Below, piece by piece: positions 43,511-49,168 of a stretch of DNA of 49,168 nt. Source of the DNA: an uncultured Ruminococcus sp. GTDB lineage: Bacteria; Bacillota; Clostridia; Oscillospirales; CAG-272. The translations under genes were made by a program, and so were the position numbers. Where the stretch lies: contig CADBRS010000182.1 in NCBI GenBank assembly GCA_902797125.1, positions 1-49,168 on the forward strand, given 5' to 3'. The notes beneath the pieces are model-generated. The model saw only the letters and a list, made by a program, of their open reading frames with translations, was not told where the DNA came from and did no database searches. Every line of letters begins with the position of its first letter. The first letter of the stretch is position 1.

Positions 43511-44374
43511 ATGTTTGCCATCTACAAACGCGAACTGAAAAGTTACATGCTATCTTTGTATGGCCCGCTCTTCATCGGACTCATGCTGCTCGTATCCGGT
43601 ATCTTTACTTTCGTTTATAACTACAGAAGTCTTTCTTCCGGGTTCGAATACACGGTCGGCTATATCGCCATGGGGATGATCGTACTGATCCCGCTCCTTT
43701 GCATGCGCTCGATCGCCCAGGAAAAAAAGACCGGAACGATTCGGCTTTTGTATGCCTTGCCTTTGAAATCGATTCAAATCATACTGGGAAAATATCTGGC
43801 ACTCTTAACAGTTGTGGCTATCCCGATCGGCGTCATGGCATTCTATCCGTTGATCCTGTCCACACACGGATCGGTTTATTTTCCCAAGGCATACGTGAGC
43901 CTTTTGATGCTGTTTTGCCTCGGCGCCGCATTGACCGCTCTTTGTATGTTTCTTTCGTCAGTGACGGATTCCATGGTGGTCGCGTCTGTGCTCGGGATCG
44001 GTTCCTGCCTTTTGCTCTATCTGATCAATTTTATTTCAGTCATTTTCCCCACCGCTCCGGCAGCTTCTTTTGTCGCGGTCATTCTGCTGTGCCTACTGCT
44101 GGGTTTGATCCTGTTCACACAAACGAAAAACTGGCTGATCGGACTGGGCGGCACCGTCCTGTGTCTGATCCCGGCCGTGATCGTCTTTATTATGAACAGT
44201 TCCCTGTATGAGGCCTTATTCTCGAAATTGCTGAACAAACTGGCCTTTTTCTCAATGATAAACAACCTTGCGTACGGCAGTTTCAAATTATCGATGCCGA
44301 TCGTGTTCATATCGACTGTGATCTTCTTCTTTGCCTTGACTGTTTTGTCATTGGAAAAGAAGCGCAATGAGTGA
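43511..44374 (+). CDS. ABC-2 type permease (GldF-like), paralog of 33605-34381
   Basis: MFAIYKRELKSYMLSLYGP N-terminus parallels MFAIYKKELRSFFINPIGY in the other permease. Multi-TM, 287 aa. Confidence 0.75.
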   Translation: MFAIYKRELKSYMLSLYGPLFIGLMLLVSGIFTFVYNYRSLSSGFEYTVGYIAMGMIVLIPLLCMRSIAQEKKTGTIRLLYALPLKSIQIILGKYLALLTVVAIPIGVMAFYPLILSTHGSVYFPKAYVSLLMLFCLGAALTALCMFLSSVTDSMVVASVLGIGSCLLLYLINFISVIFPTAPAASFVAVILLCLLLGLILFTQTKNWLIGLGGTVLCLIPAVIVFIMNSSLYEALFSKLLNKLAFFSMINNLAYGSFKLSMPIVFISTVIFFFALTVLSLEKKRNE

Positions 44375-44387
44375 AAGGGGCACTGAA

Positions 44388-45896
44388 ATGACTCGATCCA
44401 AGACCCTTTTAACCGGAATCAAACTCACGGCGGTCGCTCTGGCTTTCTTCATCGTGCTGGTCGGCATGAATATTCTGATCGGTGTCGTGCCTGGCAAATA
44501 CACCGCGCTGGACATCACCCCAAACAAGCTCTACACACTGTCCAAGCAAACCGAATCGTTTCTGCAGCAGCTGGATACGGATGTAACGCTTTATGTTTTG
44601 TGCAACGATTCTGACCCGAGCGTGATCCTGCAGCCTTTTCTGAATCAGTTTACTGCCACACCCAGGATCTCTTTGAAAACCGTTGACCCGAAACGGGATC
44701 CTGATTTCATCAAGCAGTACACTGACACTGAACTCAGCAATTTTTCGGTGATCGTGGAAAGCGAGTATCGAAATCTGGCTATAGACTATTATGATTTTCT
44801 GTGTTACAAGATCAACGGCTATGAAGATTTAGGCGAACTTCCCTACGCGAAATATCAGGAAATGGTCGGCAACCAGAATTTGCTGATATACTACTACCAA
44901 TACTACAGTATCAATTTGCTGGATGCGACCTTGTATTTCTGCGGAGATTTAGTCCTGTCTTCTGCTATAGAATATGTCTCGATCCCCGAACTCCCGCATC
45001 CCTTGATGCTCACTGAACATGGAGAGACGCCATTTTCAGAAGAACTGAAAGGCTATTTGGACAGATTAGGCTTTTCAGTTACAGACTGTTCCTTGAAAGG
45101 ACAGAGTGCAGACGTCCTGTCTAACTGCTCGGTTTTGATCATTAACGATCCTAAAACAGATCTGGATGAGGATGAGTTGTCTGCTCTCCAGACGTTCGCT
45201 GCAAAAGGCGGTACGTTTTTGCTGTTGACCAGCCCGGATTCGATGGACAGCCTGCCCCGCTTTTCCAAACTGGCTGCTCAATTCGGTCTTGTCGCTAAAA
45301 GCGGTCTGATCCACGAGGGAGATGAAATCTATCATACGGCGTCTTCCGCCACTGAAATCTTCCCGATCCCGCAATCAGGCGATTCATCATCTTCACCGCC
45401 CTACACCATCAACTACTTGCCGGCAAGCAACAGCTATATGATGTGTCTCCCCGGAGCTCATGCCATTGAATCCAATCCCGAACAGGCATTGGCCGGCACA
45501 ACCGTGCAGATCGTCAGTCAGACGTCTCCGTCTGCCCGCATTCAAATCGATGCAGATGTTGTGGACGAGGGCGGATCTTATGCCGTTTGTATGTCTTCGG
45601 TCAATTCGCAAACAGGTTCTCTGATGGTCTGGTATGGCTGTTCTGATGCCTTCACAGATGAAGGGGCAGTTTTATCCTCCTTCGGAAATTATGTGTATCT
45701 CTACACGACTTTATCTTTTCTTAGAAGAACCTATACTTCTTCTCTCGACACACTTGAGTCCATCTCACTGCACGAAAGCACGCTGGATATCAGCACATCC
45801 AACAAGACCGTTTGGATCGTTGTGTCTGTCATCCTCATCCCCGGTGCCATTATAGGCGTCGGTACATTCATGTGGATCCGGCGCAAAAAGCAGTGA
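44388..45896 (+). CDS. GldG-like ABC-transporter auxiliary protein, paralog 3
   Basis: N-terminal TM (LTAVALAFFIVLVGMNILIGV) and C-terminal TM (VWIVVSVILIPGAIIGVGTFMWIRRKK). Start taken at MTRSKT (AAAGGGG RBS). An alternative start at 44367 overlaps the permease gene. Confidence 0.55.
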   Translation: MTRSKTLLTGIKLTAVALAFFIVLVGMNILIGVVPGKYTALDITPNKLYTLSKQTESFLQQLDTDVTLYVLCNDSDPSVILQPFLNQFTATPRISLKTVDPKRDPDFIKQYTDTELSNFSVIVESEYRNLAIDYYDFLCYKINGYEDLGELPYAKYQEMVGNQNLLIYYYQYYSINLLDATLYFCGDLVLSSAIEYVSIPELPHPLMLTEHGETPFSEELKGYLDRLGFSVTDCSLKGQSADVLSNCSVLIINDPKTDLDEDELSALQTFAAKGGTFLLLTSPDSMDSLPRFSKLAAQFGLVAKSGLIHEGDEIYHTASSATEIFPIPQSGDSSSSPPYTINYLPASNSYMMCLPGAHAIESNPEQALAGTTVQIVSQTSPSARIQIDADVVDEGGSYAVCMSSVNSQTGSLMVWYGCSDAFTDEGAVLSSFGNYVYLYTTLSFLRRTYTSSLDTLESISLHESTLDISTSNKTVWIVVSVILIPGAIIGVGTFMWIRRKKQ

Positions 45897-45935
45897 TCCG
45901 ATCATCCCGATCATTTTCCGCTTAGGGAGGCGTTC

Positions 45936-46970
45936 GTGAAACAGTTTTTTCCTTCGCTTATCGGCAACGAACAACTGAAAAACCAATTAGGCAACGATAT
46001 CCTGTCCGGCACGCTGTCGCACGCCTTTATCCTGTCCGGACCGGCTGGAAGCGGAAGACACACGCTGGCGCTGAGCCTTGCCATGGCCTTGAACTGTCAG
46101 CACAAAAGTTCGGGCAGTGAACCCCTTCCTTGCGGCTATTGCGCCTCATGTAAAAAATTTTTGGCGCATCAGCATCCGGATCTGACTGTTGTCGGCAAAG
46201 AAAAGGACCGGGCGACTCTGGGTGTCGATGCGATCCGAAACGTCAGGACCGATACTTCTTACCCGCCTACAGAGGGCGGATACAAAATTTACGTAATCGA
46301 AGAAGCCGAAACGATGACGGCTGAAGCCCAAAACGCGTTGCTCTTGACGTTGGAATCTCCTCCGGAATATGTCGTATTTCTTTTGCTCAGTCAAAACCCG
46401 GCTTTGCTGCTTGAAACCGTTCGTTCCAGAGCTCCGACTCTGAGATTGGAACTTTTATCCGACGAAACAGTTTCTGCCTATCTGGTCAGTCATTCGTCTT
46501 CAGCCAAAAAAATGCGTGACACACAGCCGGAGGTATTCTCCAGATTGTTGCATGCCTCAGCCGGGAATCTCGGGGCCGCTCTCAGTTTGCTTGAATCGAA
46601 GAGCCGCGCCGCAGCCGATAAAAGAAATGAGCTCGGGATTCTGTTTTTAAACGCGCTCAGGGGAAAAAAAGCCCTGTCCTCTATCAATTTGATCAAATCA
46701 CTATCGCCTTTAAAACGACCAGACCTCGCCCAGGCCTTCAACTTATTCAATGAAATCCTGCGCGATCTGTATCTGTGCAAGCAGTCCGGTTTTTCGGAAT
46801 TCCTGTTCTTTGAAACAGAGGCGGAAGTTCAAGCCGTTGCAGACTGCATTTCAAGTCAAAAACTTGCCGGTGCCATCGACGCCACAACCGAGGCTCTGGA
46901 TCAAATCGGTTCAAATATGAATGTTTCTTTGCTGCTTCATGTTTGGGCCGTCGGGTGCGGCATCCTGTAA
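45936..46970 (+). CDS. holB: DNA polymerase III delta-prime subunit
   Basis: GTG start with a GGGAGG RBS. LSHAFILSGPAGSGRHTLA, zinc-module CGYCASCKKF, YVIEEAETMT, SRA motif (TVRSRA). Confidence 0.85.
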   Translation: MKQFFPSLIGNEQLKNQLGNDILSGTLSHAFILSGPAGSGRHTLALSLAMALNCQHKSSGSEPLPCGYCASCKKFLAHQHPDLTVVGKEKDRATLGVDAIRNVRTDTSYPPTEGGYKIYVIEEAETMTAEAQNALLLTLESPPEYVVFLLLSQNPALLLETVRSRAPTLRLELLSDETVSAYLVSHSSSAKKMRDTQPEVFSRLLHASAGNLGAALSLLESKSRAAADKRNELGILFLNALRGKKALSSINLIKSLSPLKRPDLAQAFNLFNEILRDLYLCKQSGFSEFLFFETEAEVQAVADCISSQKLAGAIDATTEALDQIGSNMNVSLLLHVWAVGCGIL

Positions 46971-47012
46971 GTGCCCCCGTCATAGATACCATCTTCAAGA
47001 AAGGACCATTCC

Positions 47013-48692
47013 ATGCCAGACAACAACATTCCATCCCAACGGAACCACCGCAATAAAAACAACCGCCGTTCCAGGCGCAACAATCACTTCAAACAACGTC
47101 AGCAACCTGAGGTTAGAGAAAATGAAGAGCTGGTCGGAACGGCTCCCGTGAATGAAGAAAACCGCAGGAATCGCAGACACTCAAACAGAGGCCGGCGTCA
47201 TCTTCAGGACCGACTCCAGGAGCAACCCGAAAAGTCCTCTGCCTTAGGTGAAGTGCAGGATGCACCTGCGCACGAGCCTGCAAATCCGGAACCGGACGAT
47301 TCAGCTCCGCTCCAGGATAAAGAATTCGGGTACGTCCGCGACGAAAGCCAATTGGAGCCTCAGGTTCAGTATGACAGCGACGGTGTCCCCGCTCCTGTAG
47401 ATTTCGATTATTTTCCGGGGCAGAAACCGCAGGAAGAACCCAGCGAGGAAGAAAAGAAAGAAATGACTCTGGTTGTGGGGGTCAAATTCCGCTCTTCTGC
47501 GCATTCTTACTTCTTTGCAGCAGGCAATCTCACCATCGGTGTCGGCACTGCAGTCATCGTTGAAACAGCGCGCGGTCTTGAATACGGCACTGTTTCTTTC
47601 GGCAAAAGGTATATCAAAAACAGCGAAATCCCACAGCCTTTGCGCAGCATTGTCCGCATTGCAACGGATTCAGACTCGGCTCAGCATCACGCCAATCTTG
47701 AACTCGAAGAGCAGGCGTTCACAACCTGCAAGGCTGAGATTCTCAAACACGGTCTCAGCATGAAACTGATCGATGCCCAATATACTTTTGACAACGCAAA
47801 ATTGCTCTTTTACTTCAGTTCAGAGGGACGGGTCGATTTTCGCGAACTGGTCAAAGATCTGGCGTCCATATTCCACACCCGAATTGAACTGAGGCAGATC
47901 GGAATCAGAGATGAGGCCCGTTTGTTGGGCGGATTGGGAGCTTGCGGAAGACAGCTGTGCTGTTCCGGCTTTCTGACCGACTTTGCTCAAGTGTCAATCA
48001 AGATGGCAAAAGAGCAGAATCTGTCTCTGAATTCCGGTAAGATTTCCGGGTGCTGCGGAAGACTTCTCTGCTGTCTGCATTATGAACATGAGACCTATGA
48101 GCAGGAAATTGCAAAAACACCGCCTGTGGATTCTGTTGTCCAGACTGCTGACGGTATCGGCGTCATTTCGGCAACATATCCCCTGGCCGGGACTGTTCGG
48201 GTCACGATCAAGAACGATAAGGGTGAGACCGTACAAAAAATGTTCTCCAGAAACGATGTGACGGTTCTGGCTAAAGACGCTCTTCCTAAGGGAACTCCCG
48301 CGGAAGAGGCGCAGAACGAAACATCCGGAAAAGACGCCGAGCAGACCGGCAAAAACGGCAGTAGTGGCGAAAAACAGACCGGCAGTACTGCCACAAACAG
48401 CGATGCCGATCCTGCAAGCCGGCATTCTTCAGAAAGAAGACCGGAAAGAACAGGCTCACAGGATGACGACCCTCTGTCGAATGTCAAAGTTTCTTTTCCT
48501 CCAAAATCGTCCAGACGACAATCTCGACGCCGCCCGGACAGACCGCAGAGAAACGGTTCAGGAGAAATAAAGAACAGTCCGGAAGATCAGGCCTCTGTCC
48601 CCTCGAATATGCCCGGAGATGAACTGGACGGAGTCGTCAGACCCGCCGCATTCAACCGGCGGAGAAACCGATTCGGAAAAAAACGTAAATAA
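47013..48692 (+). CDS. ricT: PSP1-domain protein RicT/YaaT with long disordered N- and C-terminal extensions
   Basis: The core (about aa 151-425) has VGVKFRSSAHSYFFAAG..VIVETARGLEYG and the Cys cluster CGRQLCCSGFL...GCCGRLLCCL. It is flanked by about 150 aa (Arg/Asn/Glu-rich) and about 130 aa (Ser/Arg/Pro-rich). An alternative start at ATG 47463 would give a canonical-length protein. Confidence 0.75.
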   Translation: MPDNNIPSQRNHRNKNNRRSRRNNHFKQRQQPEVRENEELVGTAPVNEENRRNRRHSNRGRRHLQDRLQEQPEKSSALGEVQDAPAHEPANPEPDDSAPLQDKEFGYVRDESQLEPQVQYDSDGVPAPVDFDYFPGQKPQEEPSEEEKKEMTLVVGVKFRSSAHSYFFAAGNLTIGVGTAVIVETARGLEYGTVSFGKRYIKNSEIPQPLRSIVRIATDSDSAQHHANLELEEQAFTTCKAEILKHGLSMKLIDAQYTFDNAKLLFYFSSEGRVDFRELVKDLASIFHTRIELRQIGIRDEARLLGGLGACGRQLCCSGFLTDFAQVSIKMAKEQNLSLNSGKISGCCGRLLCCLHYEHETYEQEIAKTPPVDSVVQTADGIGVISATYPLAGTVRVTIKNDKGETVQKMFSRNDVTVLAKDALPKGTPAEEAQNETSGKDAEQTGKNGSSGEKQTGSTATNSDADPASRHSSERRPERTGSQDDDPLSNVKVSFPPKSSRRQSRRRPDRPQRNGSGEIKNSPEDQASVPSNMPGDELDGVVRPAAFNRRRNRFGKKRK

Positions 48693-48695
48693 TAC

Positions 48696-48727
48696 AAAAA
48701 ACTGCTCGGTTTTCGAGCAGTTTTTTG
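48696..48727. terminator. bidirectional intrinsic terminator (ricT / convergent methyltransferase)
   Basis: AAAAAA-CTGCTCG-GTTTT-CGAGCAG-TTTTTT. Confidence 0.8.
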
Positions 48728-48742
48728 CTTGAGCGATGACCC

Positions 48743-49168
48743 TTATTGTTCTCTTCTTAGTTCGGGATCGGCGATCCTGCAATGATCGTAAACGGCCTGA
48801 TATCTTGCCGTATAGATGCGGTGTTCAGCATCCTGAAATGTGATTAGCGCCGGTAATATCCGCAACCCCTCTGCAGCTCCGGATTGAGCTTCCACCAGAA
48901 CCAGCGAAGGCATCGATTCGATATCGCTCTGAACGAACAGCATCCTTTTCGGTTCAAGCCTGAAATCTTTCATCGCGCTCATCAGTGCGGTCAATCGCTC
49001 GGGTCTGTAAACAAAGTAGACCAAGCCGCCGCTTTTGACCAGTGCGGCGGCTGCTTTACAAAAATCCGAGATGCCACCGGACGTTTCATGACGAGCCGTC
49101 ACTTTAAAGGGGTTGTTGTTCAGCTTGCCTGCGTCTGCTTTTAAATACGGGGGATTGCAGACCACGTA
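48743..49168 (-). CDS. NPPY-motif SAM-dependent methyltransferase (YabB / tRNA1(Val) m6A37-like), 5' end outside the window
   Basis: The ORF runs off the window edge. Motif IV is VCNPPYLK, followed by GGLVYFVYRPERL. Its position next to holB and ricT resembles the B. subtilis yaaT-yabA-yabB region. Confidence 0.55.
   Translation of the reverse strand, partial: YVVCNPPYLKADAGKLNNNPFKVTARHETSGGISDFCKAAAALVKSGGLVYFVYRPERLTALMSAMKDFRLEPKRMLFVQSDIESMPSLVLVEAQSGAAEGLRILPALITFQDAEHRIYTARYQAVYDHCRIADPELRREQ

Noticed and set aside
1-49168. Search for CRISPR arrays, IS elements, integrases, phage genes, rRNA, and long direct or inverted repeats.
   Set aside because: None was seen. Every intergenic region is under 300 nt and is accounted for by promoters, terminators, two riboswitches or two tRNAs. 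The only extended similarity is the protein-level paralogy between the two ABC-2/GldG systems.

Overview
This is a 49.2-kb, densely coding chromosomal stretch. Gene content and near-consensus sigma-A promoters suggest a Clostridia-type Firmicute, but that taxon call is inference. All protein calls come from motif recognition by eye, since no HMM or BLAST search was possible.

Contents in order:
- a 5'-truncated FtsX/MacB permease with its ATPase, then a serine hydrolase
- an orphan solute-binding lipoprotein followed by a LexA-like repressor with degenerate self-cleavage residues
- pckA, an unknown lipoprotein, and a PfkB kinase
- a divergent glycyl-radical enzyme (GRE) with no activase nearby
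- a VanZ / FAD-protein / small-protein operon
- an aroE-aroK fusion, aroQ, an M3 oligoendopeptidase and an HPr-like protein
- one minus-strand unit: THF riboswitch, folT, folC, preQ1-I riboswitch, queT
- an MBOAT + DHHW acyltransferase pair
- a ~10.5-kb seven-gene operon: ABC-2 ATPase, permease, two GldG-like proteins, a Listeria-Bacteroides-repeat/TM/large-ectodomain protein, a GH38-like hydrolase and DUF975
- cca, a HAD phosphatase, tRNA-Thr and tRNA-Tyr, greA, and a heterodimeric ABC exporter
- a second, shorter GldA/F/G-like system whose ATPase has lost four catalytic motifs
- holB, an extended ricT, and a partial NPPY methyltransferase

I found no CRISPR array, rRNA, transposase, integrase or phage gene.

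The best candidates for undescribed biology are the two paralogous GldAFG-like transporter systems (one elaborated, one with a pseudo-ATPase) and the orphan GRE with a non-canonical Cys loop. Most of the rest of the window is ordinary housekeeping.
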